Of a stretch of DNA of 64,000 nucleotides, positions 19,275 to 31,353 are shown in pieces. The position numbers were made by a program, and so were the translations under genes. Below the pieces are notes generated by a model. That model did not search any database and was not told where the DNA came from. It saw only the letters and a program-made list of their open reading frames with translations. Origin of the DNA: Cenarchaeum sp. (GTDB taxonomy: Archaea > Thermoproteota > Nitrososphaeria > Nitrososphaerales > Nitrosopumilaceae); NCBI GenBank assembly GCA_965206845.1, contig OZ242221.1:992001-1056000 (forward strand). The letters run 5' to 3'. The number at the start of each line of letters is the position of its first letter. Positions within the stretch are counted from its first letter, which is position 1.

Positions 19275-20470
19275 GAGTCGTTGGATGCCGTGTTGTCGCT
19301 CCCGGACTAGCCGACCGCAACACGGCAGCTCGCCCGGAACGCATTTCCCGCATCCGTCTCTCGCAGTACAGGAATGCAGGAAAAACAGACCGCCGCGAGC
19401 AGGATTCCTTGACGCAGGGGCACACGACAGCTTGTGGAGTTCCAGCTACACGCATCTTATCTAACGTCATACCATATCGCCTCTTTGCCATTAACTGTTT
19501 GTCCACGAGTGGACGAAACGACTTGACCCGGCAGGGATCGGATCGGCTCACGGGCGTGTTTTCCTGTGGCGGCATGTCAGAACTCTGTGGTGCTGACGAC
19601 TCGTCCGCCACGAATACGCGACAGCTGGCAGGAGCCGGGCCTACCCATACCCTGCCAAGTCCGCGGGCCCATACACTGCCGCCCTGCCCTTGATTTTCAT
19701 GGGTTTTCCGGCCCCATACACGCGGACTGTTCCCCATACTCAAACGGCGCCATCATACATTCCCGCAGCCTCCATACACATCCGCAATCCCCATGCATCC
19801 CAATTCCCCCATATTGGCCTCATGCCCGCCGAGACCGGCGCGGGTTTGCGGTAGGCCTGCACAGGCAAGTCCGGTGGCAGGCACTGAGCGGCGCACCTAT
19901 AGTCACACAAGTCCCGTCACTGCGCCGGCGTCGCGGCATCGGGCTGCCCGGCGTTGCATGCCCGCCTGGGGGCGGGCCCCTACGTCTCCTGCGGCCCGGG
20001 GAGCAGATCCCCTGGGAACGTTGGGGCTACGAACCCCGTGGCGCTGTGACACCAAAGGCATCGCAGCTTTACCTTTTCGGGTATCTCTCGCAGGGTGTCA
20101 CTGGTCTCTTGCGGTGTTGTGCGAGTCATCCGATGTGTCCAGCTTCTTCAGCTCGCTGTTCACCACGTCTTGCTCGCGGTTCATCACACCATGATTGTAA
20201 TAGATGAGGCAGTCCCGTAGCCATTCGTACATGGTTGTCGTCCATTAGGTTAGCCTAATAAATGTGGCGGCCGCCGGCATGCCCCGGCGTCCTGCGACGA
20301 GGGCACGCCGCCGGCGTGATCACATGACTGTGGATCAACGGGGCTTGCCGCGTGGGAGTGCGCTGCTCAGTGCCTGCAGCCGAGCTTGCCGGTGCGGGCC
20401 TACTGAAGCTCACGTTGGTCCCGGCGGGATCCGGTTCAAGCCACTCGTCTTATTAGCGAAGGTGTGGGAA

Positions 20471-20551
20471 GGTACTGTTAAAAATTTAGGATCTAATTTT
20501 CAAGTTTAGGAACAGATCAAGCATTCTAGATCTCTTGTTTTTAGCAGTGCC
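20471..20551. repeat. AT-rich 81-bp segment with 14-bp imperfect inverted termini (possible MITE)
   Basis: GGTACTGTTAAAAA ... TTTTTAGCAGTGCC; single copy, no TSD seen. Confidence 0.4.
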
Positions 20552-20750
20552 CTAATCAGCATTAATTTCCAAGGAACCTCACAGTTTGCATATATTGATA
20601 AAGACAGCCCAAGGTTGAACGGTGCAAGTCAGAGCGGGGGGAAGGGTCTGAAATAAGCCGACTATGCCATGTGGATTCCTCCAGACCGCTATCTTATGGC
20701 CTGTCCGGATGTGCAGGCCCATGGCCAAACGCAGGAGCCGGCCTCGTGCC

Positions 20751-21326
20751 CTAGATCTTCCTTACCAGCGTGAACCTGGCCTTTCCTGGCTCGATCTCCT
20801 CGTGCATGTCGACGTTGCTGATCACCTTTACCTTGTAGTCCAGCCACCGCGCAAAGGCATCCCGCAGCCGCAAGCCGCCCGCCGACTCGCCGTCCCTTCC
20901 GTACATCTCGCAGTTGACCACGTACTTTCTGGATACCCGAAACATCTCCGAGATCGCCCCGTCGACCTCGTCATCCTCCAGATAGTTCAGCAGCCTGTGC
21001 GTAAAGACAAAGTCAAAGGACGAGTCCCCGTATGGCATGTCCATGGCGGAGGCCTCCTCAAACTCCCAGTCCGGAAACCTCTTCCTGGCCTTCCCCACCG
21101 CGTACTCGCTCAGGTCCACCCCGCAGACCTGCGCGCGGGGATTGAAGAGCCGCAGGTCGCCCCCTGCGGAGCAGCCAACCTCCAGGGCGTTCTCTGCGCG
21201 CAGGGAGACTGCCAGATCCCGGATGAACTTGCAGAACTCCTCGCTGTTTGGCGGATCGCCCCCGTCGGCATGCCTGCGCCAGAAACCGGCATCAAACACG
21301 ATACCTACACCGCCCGGTGCCTGCAT
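20751..21326 (-). CDS. Class I SAM-dependent methyltransferase
   Basis: ALEVGCSAG, GVDLS, SFDFVF, EMFRVS; start uncertain. Confidence 0.85.
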   Translation of the reverse strand: MQAPGGVGIVFDAGFWRRHADGGDPPNSEEFCKFIRDLAVSLRAENALEVGCSAGGDLRLFNPRAQVCGVDLSEYAVGKARKRFPDWEFEEASAMDMPYGDSSFDFVFTHRLLNYLEDDEVDGAISEMFRVSRKYVVNCEMYGRDGESAGGLRLRDAFARWLDYKVKVISNVDMHEEIEPGKARFTLVRKI

Positions 21327-21493
21327 CGGCAGGGGATCGCCTTGGCATCAAAGGTACAGTCGTGCGGTCCGTCGGTTCTGCTGCCCACCATGATCTCTTG
21401 CATGCACTCGCCGTGCCGCCCCTTCTTGCAAAACCAACAGATCTCAGAATTCCTGCCGGGACTGCACCAGTCAGCTGTCGCTTTGTCGGCCAT
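21305..21493 (-). CDS. Small Cys/His-rich hypothetical protein
   Basis: CWFC..GRHGEC...CRCRH; co-oriented between ilvE and the methyltransferase. Confidence 0.65.
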   Translation of the reverse strand: MADKATADWCSPGRNSEICWFCKKGRHGECMQEIMVGSRTDGPHDCTFDAKAIPCRCRHRAV

Positions 21494-21511
21494 ACAGGTA
21501 GAGATTTTGCA

Positions 21512-22426
21512 TTAGATGTATTTAAGCCAAGTCAGGAACTTCTCGTTCCTGCCAGTTGCCGCATCGATGTATGCCTTCTGCAGCCTCCGGGTCTGGCTGC
21601 CCATCTGGCCGTCGCCGATCCTCACGCGGTCTATCATGGCCACCGACTTGACCTCTGCTGCCGTTCCCACCATGAACACCTCGTCGGCCGTGTACAGGTC
21701 TTCCCGGTCTATCTCCCTCTCCGTTACGCGGCCGCCGTCCGCCTCTATGATCTGGATTACGCTGTCCCTGGTGATTCCCTCTAGAATTCCCGACCCTGAC
21801 GGCGGCGTGAGGATGCTGTCGCCCCTGACGAGGAAGATGTTCTCCGCGCTGCCCTCGGTTACCTTGCCGTCGCGGTTGAGCATTATGGCCTCGTCGTATC
21901 CGCAGTCTATGGCCTCGAGCCTGGCCAGTGCCGCGTTTGCATAGTTTGAGGCGGCCTTTGCCTTTACGGGTTGCACCCTCGAGTCTATCCTTACCCAGCT
22001 TGATACCTTGCATTTTGCCCCGGTGAATTTGCCCGCCACCGACTCGCCCATGTTCCACTCCCAGCAGGCGATGGACACGTCGACCTTGTTCTTTGTGGGG
22101 GTGAGGCCCATCTCGCCGTATCCGTAGTAGGCGATGGGTCTGATGTAGCACTCGTGCAGTCCTGACTTCCTTACGGTCTGTATGATGGCCCCGGTGATCT
22201 CATCCTTGGAGTAGGGCATCTCCATCGAGTATATCTTGGCCGAGTTAAACAGCCTGTCCACATGCTCGCCCAGCCTGAATATGGCGGGCCCCTTCTCCGT
22301 GCTGTAGCACCGCAGGCCCTCAAACACGGCAGTGGAGTAGTGCAGGGCGTGCGTCAGCACATGCACCTTGGCGTCCTTGAACGGAACCAGGTTGCCGTTC
22401 ATCCATATGCTGCCCTCCTCCTTCAT
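21512..22426 (-). CDS. ilvE: Branched-chain amino acid aminotransferase
   Basis: HALHYSTAVFEG, YIRP, KAASNY, EGSAENIF, LEGITR, GTAAEV. Confidence 0.95.
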   Translation of the reverse strand: MKEEGSIWMNGNLVPFKDAKVHVLTHALHYSTAVFEGLRCYSTEKGPAIFRLGEHVDRLFNSAKIYSMEMPYSKDEITGAIIQTVRKSGLHECYIRPIAYYGYGEMGLTPTKNKVDVSIACWEWNMGESVAGKFTGAKCKVSSWVRIDSRVQPVKAKAASNYANAALARLEAIDCGYDEAIMLNRDGKVTEGSAENIFLVRGDSILTPPSGSGILEGITRDSVIQIIEADGGRVTEREIDREDLYTADEVFMVGTAAEVKSVAMIDRVRIGDGQMGSQTRRLQKAYIDAATGRNEKFLTWLKYI

Positions 22427-22699
22427 ACGGGTTTGGGCTTATCAAAGTAATTTAAGAGTTAAAGCGCGCCAGCCGGTGCGCCAGCTGCCGCATGGTCCTA
22501 TGCCTGGCCGGTCCTGCCTGGTTATTTCTGGCTGTTTCGTCCAGGTCTGGGAGTAAACGGCGACCGATACGACAGGATGTGGGGGACTGCTTATGCCCGA
22601 CGCATCTCCCTGCAAGCATGGCCGAAGCGATCCGGACTTTTTGCCTTCACAAAATTGAAACCCTTAAATAGAAAACTCTGATCCTTCAATTCAATTGTA

Positions 22700-22960
22700 A
22701 TGAAAGGCTGGTTCGTTCTTCTAGTGTTGGCGATCTTGGTAATCATACCTGCTGCCAATTATGTATATGCGGCCGGCGACGAGCCGGGCGAGTACCTGGA
22801 TCGGCGTGTGGAGATATGGAATCTGTTCTTTCGCATGATGACGGTGGCGTTTACCATCGGTGCGGTGGTGTCAGGCACCATAATCTGGCTGATCCTCCGC
22901 TTTAGGGAGTCAAACCCGAAGGCCAAGCCAACCCCATACGAAGAGGCCGGAGAGTGGTAG
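22700..22960 (+). CDS. Small membrane protein heading the heme-copper oxidase operon
   Basis: Signal/TM segments; 3 nt upstream of coxB. Confidence 0.75.
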   Translation: MKGWFVLLVLAILVIIPAANYVYAAGDEPGEYLDRRVEIWNLFFRMMTVAFTIGAVVSGTIIWLILRFRESNPKAKPTPYEEAGEW

Positions 22961-22963
22961 CAT

Positions 22964-23395
22964 ATGGGACAGCACTCCAACTGGCCTGAATGGATATACA
23001 TCGGCGTAGTGGTGGCCCTGCTGGTGTGGGTAGGCGCCGAGGCCTGGAATGTGGAGAGGATAGTGGAGCACATACCCGAAGACGCCGAGACGATCAAGGT
23101 CCTGGGACAGCAGTGGTTCTGGACCTTTGAGCACGAAGACGGCACCACGGAGATCGGCCAGCTGCATCTGGAGGCGGGCAAGGCCTACCGGTTTGAGGTG
23201 ACATCCAAGGACGTGATTCACAGCTTCAACATACACGACTATGTGGTGCTGCTGGACGCGGTTCCGGGCAGGACAAACATTGTGTGGTTCTCGCCCACAG
23301 AGGCAGGCGAGTACGACATCCAGTGCAGGGAGTACTGCGGGCTGATACACTACAACATGCGCGGCAAGCTCATAGTGGAGGATCCGACGGCATGA
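22964..23395 (+). CDS. coxB: Heme-copper oxidase subunit II (CuA)
   Basis: QWFW, DVIHSF, CREYCGLIHYNM. Confidence 0.93.
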   Translation: MGQHSNWPEWIYIGVVVALLVWVGAEAWNVERIVEHIPEDAETIKVLGQQWFWTFEHEDGTTEIGQLHLEAGKAYRFEVTSKDVIHSFNIHDYVVLLDAVPGRTNIVWFSPTEAGEYDIQCREYCGLIHYNMRGKLIVEDPTA

Positions 23396-23444
23396 TAACG
23401 CTTTTATCCATTTTGAAAAACGGTTCACAGGGGAATAGTCTCAC

Positions 23445-24971
23445 ATGGTACTAGAACTGCGGAATCCCAGACCGATCTGGCAGATCATGTTCTCCACGCA
23501 CCACACCGACGTGGGCCTCCTGTACCTGATCACCTCCCTGGCGTTCCTGTTCCTGGGCGGCGCCCTGGCCATAGCAATCCGGCTGGAGCTCTTCCTTCCC
23601 GGATCCCAGTTTATTGCAGACTCGATGACGTTCAACCGCATATTTACCGTGCACGGCACCACGATGATCTTTCTCTTCATACTCCCCTCGGCGTCGGCCG
23701 TGGGCAACTACTTTGTCCCGATAATGGTGAGGTACAAGGACATGGCGTATCCAAAACTCAACGCCATCGCCTTCTGGATGATCCCGCCAGCCGGAGCCCT
23801 CATCTGGCTGGGCTTTGCGGACTTTACGTGGTACGCAACGCCCCCCTACTCGATAATCAGCGCACCCGGACCGGCAGCCGACATGTGGATCTTCGGGCTG
23901 AAGATACTGGGGGTCTCCTCCATACTGGGAGCCATCAACTTCATCGTCACCATAATGAAGTGCAAGCACCCCGACATGTCCCTGGGCCAGGTGCCGTTGC
24001 TTGCCTGGGCGTTTCTGTCATCATCACTCATCATCCTGGTTGCCCTGCCGACCTTTGCTGCCGCCCTTGTGATGCTGCTCACAGACAGGCTCGGAGTCAG
24101 CGGTTTCTTCAACCCCGCCATGGGGGGCGACCCCATAGCCTATGCGCACCTCTTCTGGTTCACGTTCCACCCCGAGGTGTACGTGCTGGTAATTCCTGCC
24201 ATAGGCATGATGTACGAGATAATACCCCGTTTCTCAAGAAAGCCCATCTTCAGCGCCAGCTCCGGCATCTTTGCCTTTGTGCTGCTGGCCATAGTGGGAT
24301 TCTCGTCCTGGGCGCACCACATGTACGCCACGGGCATGTCGTTCACCGAAAAGACAGTATTCATGGTGGGCACGCTAGCGGCGGTTCCGGCATCTGCCAT
24401 GCATGTCTTTAACTTCTTGGCCACCATGTGGAACGGCCGGATCAAGTTTGCCACGCCCATGATGTGGTCCGTGGGCGGAATCGCGCTCTTCTTCTCTGCG
24501 GGAGCGGGCGGCGTGGTGAACAGCGCAATGCCGCTGGACTTTGTGACGCACGACTCGTACTGGGTGGTGGGACACTTCCACCTGTTCGTGATGGGCACCA
24601 TCGCCTTTGGCACCATAGGCTACATCTACTACATGTTCCCGTATGTGACCGGCAGGATGTACAACGAGAAGATGGGGGTTGCCCACTTTGTCATGGCGTT
24701 TATCGGCACTGTTCTGGTGTTCTTCACGCAGCATGTCTTGGGGCTCTTTGGAATGCCCAGAAGGGTATACGACTATCCGCCGATACCGGAGTGGATTGCC
24801 ATGAACCAGATTGCCACGGTGGGCGCGATGCTCATCGGCGTCAGCATGGCCCTGTTCCTGGGCAACATGATATACAGCACCGCCAAGGGCAAGATAGCCA
24901 ACATGGACGACCCGTTCGGGCTTGGAGGCAAGTACTATTATCCATACCAGCGGAAGAACCCGCAACACTAG
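23445..24971 (+). CDS. coxA: Heme-copper oxidase subunit I
   Basis: HGTTM, WFTFHPEVY, WAHHMY, HFH, GMPRR. Confidence 0.97.
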   Translation: MVLELRNPRPIWQIMFSTHHTDVGLLYLITSLAFLFLGGALAIAIRLELFLPGSQFIADSMTFNRIFTVHGTTMIFLFILPSASAVGNYFVPIMVRYKDMAYPKLNAIAFWMIPPAGALIWLGFADFTWYATPPYSIISAPGPAADMWIFGLKILGVSSILGAINFIVTIMKCKHPDMSLGQVPLLAWAFLSSSLIILVALPTFAAALVMLLTDRLGVSGFFNPAMGGDPIAYAHLFWFTFHPEVYVLVIPAIGMMYEIIPRFSRKPIFSASSGIFAFVLLAIVGFSSWAHHMYATGMSFTEKTVFMVGTLAAVPASAMHVFNFLATMWNGRIKFATPMMWSVGGIALFFSAGAGGVVNSAMPLDFVTHDSYWVVGHFHLFVMGTIAFGTIGYIYYMFPYVTGRMYNEKMGVAHFVMAFIGTVLVFFTQHVLGLFGMPRRVYDYPPIPEWIAMNQIATVGAMLIGVSMALFLGNMIYSTAKGKIANMDDPFGLGGKYYYPYQRKNPQH

Positions 24972-24980
24972 GAGACGGGA

Positions 24981-25928
24981 ATGAGCCAGGTACAACAAGA
25001 ACCAATCTACCGAACCTCTTCGGAGAGAACCGTCAAGATGATGGTCATAATGCTGGGCATATGTATCGCCGGAGGCGCCATATTCTTTGGAATGTGGGAC
25101 TACTGGATATCGCAGCTGCCTGCCGTGGTGACGCAGGGGATCTCAGATAGCCCGCCACCCGCCATACCGTCCGGCGATGACATCCCGGTGTCCCTGAATT
25201 TTGTCGAGTCAGACGATCTGCTGACCCTTGGATTCAACGCCATAACGGGCGAGCCTGATGCCAACCCGATCATCAGTGCCAAGGTGGGCGATCGCATCAT
25301 ATTTGACGTAACCAACGCCGGCAGGTCCTTTCACTCGTTTGGCGTGACGTCCGACGAGGAGGGCATTAGCGGAATTTTCACCGGCACGGACGTGGCATCG
25401 CCCCTGGCACCGCTGTTGCCAGGCGAGGGCGGCGTATCGGAGTTTGTGCCTACCGCGGAGGGCATCTACTACTACATCTGCACCGTTGCAGGCCACCGGG
25501 AGCAGGGAATGGTGGGAATGATCGAGGTGGGACCCGCCGAGATCAGCGTCGCCGCGGCCCCCACGGGAGTGTCCCACGACTTCAGCCTCGACATGCTCGA
25601 GTCATCTGACCTGCTCACCATGGGGTTTGATGCCGTGCGCGGGGAGCCCGGCTCCAACCCGGAGATTGTCGTTAACTCCGGCGACGAGGTCACAATCACG
25701 ATCACCAACTCGGGAAGATCCTTCCACTCCTTTGGAATTACGGTGGATCCCGACGACATTACCAACACACTGTGGGGTTCGGAGATCGCCTCTTCGCTCA
25801 GCCCGCTGTTGCCGGGCGAGTCTGACACTACCACCTTTACGGCGGGAGCCCCGGGAAGATACTACTACGTCTGCACCGTGGCCGGGCACTCGCAGCAGGG
25901 AATGCAGGGCTCGTTCACAGTGAACTAG
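24981..25928 (+). CDS. Membrane-anchored protein with two cupredoxin domains
   Basis: Two repeats of HSF...YYYxCTVAGH..QGM. Confidence 0.9.
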   Translation: MSQVQQEPIYRTSSERTVKMMVIMLGICIAGGAIFFGMWDYWISQLPAVVTQGISDSPPPAIPSGDDIPVSLNFVESDDLLTLGFNAITGEPDANPIISAKVGDRIIFDVTNAGRSFHSFGVTSDEEGISGIFTGTDVASPLAPLLPGEGGVSEFVPTAEGIYYYICTVAGHREQGMVGMIEVGPAEISVAAAPTGVSHDFSLDMLESSDLLTMGFDAVRGEPGSNPEIVVNSGDEVTITITNSGRSFHSFGITVDPDDITNTLWGSEIASSLSPLLPGESDTTTFTAGAPGRYYYVCTVAGHSQQGMQGSFTVN

Positions 25929-25929
25929 G

Positions 25930-26373
25930 TTGGCCCTGCAGTATCTAGCCCTGACAACGCTGATAGTCCTGTACTCGCTGATCTTCATCGGCGGATACGT
26001 GTCTGCGGCGGGCCTGGGCCTGACATGCCCGGACTGGCCGCTGTGCCCAAACGGCATACTTCCCGACGGCGAGTACTTTGTCGAGTGGGTGCACAGGCTG
26101 GTCGCCGCAACCACCGGGGCGCTGGTCATAGCCACCATGGTGGGAAGCTGGATCTCCAGTGACACCAACACAAAGATCCGGGTCACCAGTGCCCTGGCGT
26201 CTGCCTTCGTGGTGACGCAGATCACGCTGGGCGCCATCGTAATCGACACAAAGCTGCACGCAGTCCTGGTGGCGGTCCATCTGGGCATAGGCGTACTGCT
26301 GTTTGCCATGGTGCTGCTGACGGCCATCTTTGCGTTCAGGTTGGGCAAGCCGACGGTCGAGACTAGGATCTGA
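25930..26373 (+). CDS. ctaA: Heme A synthase (COX15/CtaA, 4-TM form)
   Basis: GLTCPDWPLC, EWVHRL, VHL. Confidence 0.88.
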   Translation: MALQYLALTTLIVLYSLIFIGGYVSAAGLGLTCPDWPLCPNGILPDGEYFVEWVHRLVAATTGALVIATMVGSWISSDTNTKIRVTSALASAFVVTQITLGAIVIDTKLHAVLVAVHLGIGVLLFAMVLLTAIFAFRLGKPTVETRI

Positions 26374-26872
26374 ACTTGGATCTTATGTATCTGGGAACGT
26401 AGACGTAGCCCATCACTATGGCAAATATCGACGCGCCGATGGTGATGCTGAAGATGAAGATGTACCCAAAGGGGCTCTGCGTGCTTATGTTGAAGGTGTA
26501 TGTGAGAATCCCGCGCTCGCCCACATTGTACAGGTCCACCTTTGCTATGTGGTTGCCGGGGCTGTCAAAGGCAAAGACCGTCTCAAAGTGGGAGCTCTCC
26601 ACGGACGTGGGCGCCACCGCGTATATCTGATCGTCGTTGAGGAAGATCCTCACGCCGATGGTCATCCTGTCCACCTCCTCAAAGTCGCCGTCGGTTACCC
26701 GCAGCAGTATCTGCGAGTCCTCGCCTATCTGGGGAAACTCGGGCAGCGTGGCAATCTGAACCCGGTATCCGCCAAAGAACTCCTCTGCGGAGTTGAAGAG
26801 CGAGTGGCCCCACACCGCCTGCACCGGCGCAGACAGGAGCAGAACCATACCTATTACCAGAACCAGCTTCAT
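26363..26872 (-). CDS. Secreted/membrane-anchored hypothetical protein
   Basis: Signal peptide MKLVLVIG...VWG-HS and C-terminal TM. Confidence 0.75.
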   Translation of the reverse strand: MKLVLVIGMVLLLSAPVQAVWGHSLFNSAEEFFGGYRVQIATLPEFPQIGEDSQILLRVTDGDFEEVDRMTIGVRIFLNDDQIYAVAPTSVESSHFETVFAFDSPGNHIAKVDLYNVGERGILTYTFNISTQSPFGYIFIFSITIGASIFAIVMGYVYVPRYIRSKFRS

Positions 26873-27013
26873 CCGGATATGTGTTAAATCTGCTTGAATA
26901 TAATGGTAAACCGTTTTTGTGTGTCCGGCAGGCCCGTCCGGAGGACCCGCGGTGCCGTCCGGCCGGAACCGATAGATCTGTTTAATTCCTGCATGGCGCA
27001 TCAGACTCTGCAG

Positions 27014-27751
27014 ATGATCTCTACCGGACTCGAGGAGGTTGACAGGGTTCTACAGGGGGGGCTGAGGGGCGGAATCGTCGACGTCTACGGAGCCCCGGCC
27101 ACGGGCAAGACCCAGCTGGCCCTCCAGGTGGCAAAGAACTGCATCTCGTCTGGGGGCACGGTTCTCTTTCAGGACACGACGGGAGAGTTCCGGCCCGAGA
27201 GGCTGCTTGAGATGCTTGATGCCGGCGGCTTGGATCACGGCCTGCTGGAGAGTGTGGCCGTATCGCGGGTCACCAACTCCGTAGAGCAGCAGAGGGCGCT
27301 TGAGATCATGGATCCGGCGGACTACTCCCTGCTGATAATCGACGACATCACGGATCTGTTCTCGTTTGACTACTTTAGAGGCCCGCAGGTGGTCGAGAAG
27401 AACCGCCTCTTCGTGAGGTATATGATGAGGCTCTCCCGCCTGTCACTGGAGAACGACCTGTCGCTCCTGGTCACAAACACCGTCCGAAGCATAAAATTTC
27501 AGGAGCAGGAGACCATGGCAAGGGCCATGGACCTGTTTACGCACGTAAAGATACACCTGTCAGCAGACGTCCAGGATCGCAGAACCGGGGACGGGCCCCG
27601 CTACATACCGAAGACTGCGCGCCGCGGCACGGTCATGCTTCCGTGGGTGCGCTCGGAGTTCTGCTACAACATATCTGCAGCGGGACTGGAGCACGATGCG
27701 CGTCCTGCCGGGGATCATATCGACCCGCCGGGATCTACCGGCGTTCCTTGA
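27014..27751 (+). CDS. RecA/RadA-superfamily ATPase (RadB-like paralog)
   Basis: STGLEEVD..LQGG, GAPATGKTQ, FRPERL, LLIIDD. Confidence 0.85.
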   Translation: MISTGLEEVDRVLQGGLRGGIVDVYGAPATGKTQLALQVAKNCISSGGTVLFQDTTGEFRPERLLEMLDAGGLDHGLLESVAVSRVTNSVEQQRALEIMDPADYSLLIIDDITDLFSFDYFRGPQVVEKNRLFVRYMMRLSRLSLENDLSLLVTNTVRSIKFQEQETMARAMDLFTHVKIHLSADVQDRRTGDGPRYIPKTARRGTVMLPWVRSEFCYNISAAGLEHDARPAGDHIDPPGSTGVP

Positions 27752-28466
27752 TTCGGGCGCGGCCAGTCTTGCGTGCCGCAATGCTTCCCACCTTGGCTCC
27801 CGGCGGCGCGTTCCGTGACACGGTGGAGCTCTGGCCCACATGCTGGTGCCTGCCGCCCCCGTGCGGATGGACGTATGCCGCCTGGGCAACACCGCGCACA
27901 ATGGGGTACTTTCTTCCCCTGGAGCGAAACTTTCTCCACTTGTTGCCGGCGCTCATCAGTGGCCTCTCGCCGGCACCACCGCCGGCCAGCGTGCCGATCA
28001 TGGCGCGGTTCCTTGGCTTTAGCGTGGTAAGGCGGCCTGACGGGAGCCTCAGCATGACACCCTCGTCCTCGTGGGAGAAGACGGTTGCGCTGGTACCTGC
28101 GGACTTGACTATCGTGCCGCCATCAAGATAATGCTTCTCCACGTTGCACACCACGGTGCCGTCTGGAATGTTCTGAACGCTGATTACGTTTCCTTTTTGA
28201 ATCTCTGACTTTAGTCCAAAGTTTATCGAAGAGCCCACGGCGGTTCCCAGGACTGCGGGGACAAAGGAGACCGTGCCATCCTCGAACCGGATCTTTGAGA
28301 GCGGCGCGTCGCGTCCCTGCTCATGAATCAGGTCGATCACCTCGCCCACGCGCTGCTCGCCCAGCGTAAACTTCGGATACCTGGCCTTGGCAACCTTTCC
28401 GGTGGCGTTTGCCCTGAACTGCATGCCTCCACGGCCACGTCGCCTGACCAGCGGTCTCTTGCCCAT
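27735..28466 (-). CDS. rpl2: 50S ribosomal protein L2
   Basis: GRDAP, VRGVAQAAYVHPHGGG, APPGAKVG.IAARKTG. Confidence 0.97.
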   Translation of the reverse strand: MGKRPLVRRRGRGGMQFRANATGKVAKARYPKFTLGEQRVGEVIDLIHEQGRDAPLSKIRFEDGTVSFVPAVLGTAVGSSINFGLKSEIQKGNVISVQNIPDGTVVCNVEKHYLDGGTIVKSAGTSATVFSHEDEGVMLRLPSGRLTTLKPRNRAMIGTLAGGGAGERPLMSAGNKWRKFRSRGRKYPIVRGVAQAAYVHPHGGGRHQHVGQSSTVSRNAPPGAKVGSIAARKTGRARIKERR

Positions 28467-28729
28467 CTAGCCAACACGCCTTGGGATAGAGATTTTAAGC
28501 TTGTGATCTACCGGGTCTTGCCCAAAAATTCTCCAAAAATCCGCATAACTGGGCCTGTCAGGGGCCGCCGGACGTGGCAGTGGCGGACTTGACCAAACGC
28601 GAGGCCCACCCGGCAACCGGTAGAATGCGCAGTCCGAGGCACGCTAGTGTCGTCACAGATCTCGATATGCACCAGCATGGCGTCCCGCATGGGGGCAAGC
28701 CGCTTTCCGGGCCACAGGTTATTCGGTTT

Positions 28730-28821
28730 GTACATACTCAGATCCCGCTCGATGCTAGGCATGGTTTTGCATAGTGTCGCGTATTTTTGTGCCTAGACAA
28801 ACTGCCGACCTAAGCATATAC
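28730..28821. mobile_element. 92-bp MITE, family C
   Basis: Imperfect TIR GTACATACTCAGATC / GACCTAAGCATATAC; 9-bp direct repeat ATTCGGTTT at 28721-28729 and 28822-28830. Confidence 0.8.
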
Positions 28822-28845
28822 ATTCGGTTTTTCATAAAGGTATAA

Positions 28846-31056
<2,211 letters not shown>

Positions 31057-31353
31057 CTGAGCACTCCTGATAACGTATGGCCAAGACAGCCCGTCTGTCA
31101 CTCCTACCGCAAAATGCCGCATCCTGCCGGATCTCTGCTGTGTGGCGCGTGGATCCTGGCGAACCGCTTCATTGAGAAGAGCGGCCCGGCCCAAGGAAAG
31201 GCAGGAGACGGCCCTCTCTGGGCTCAAGAAGTTCCTTGTGGAGCCCTTGGCCGGATCCGCCCTGGTATGGGCGCCCGCCAAAGAAACGCCCACCGGACGC
31301 TCAATGCCGTATAATTTCTCTTTATGTTTATTAACTCACCAGTTTAAGAAAAA

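Noticed and set aside
19280-20470. Overlapping ORFs of 130-213 aa
   Set aside because: Arg/Pro/Ala-rich shadow-type translations with no recognisable motif; not called.
15921-20620. Integrase-mediated provirus or ICE at tRNA-Lys
   Set aside because: No integrase, no att duplication of the tRNA 3' end and no viral genes seen.
9517-26373. Complex III/IV using cupredoxins instead of cytochrome c, and a half-size heme A synthase
   Set aside because: Known, typical of ammonia-oxidising archaea.
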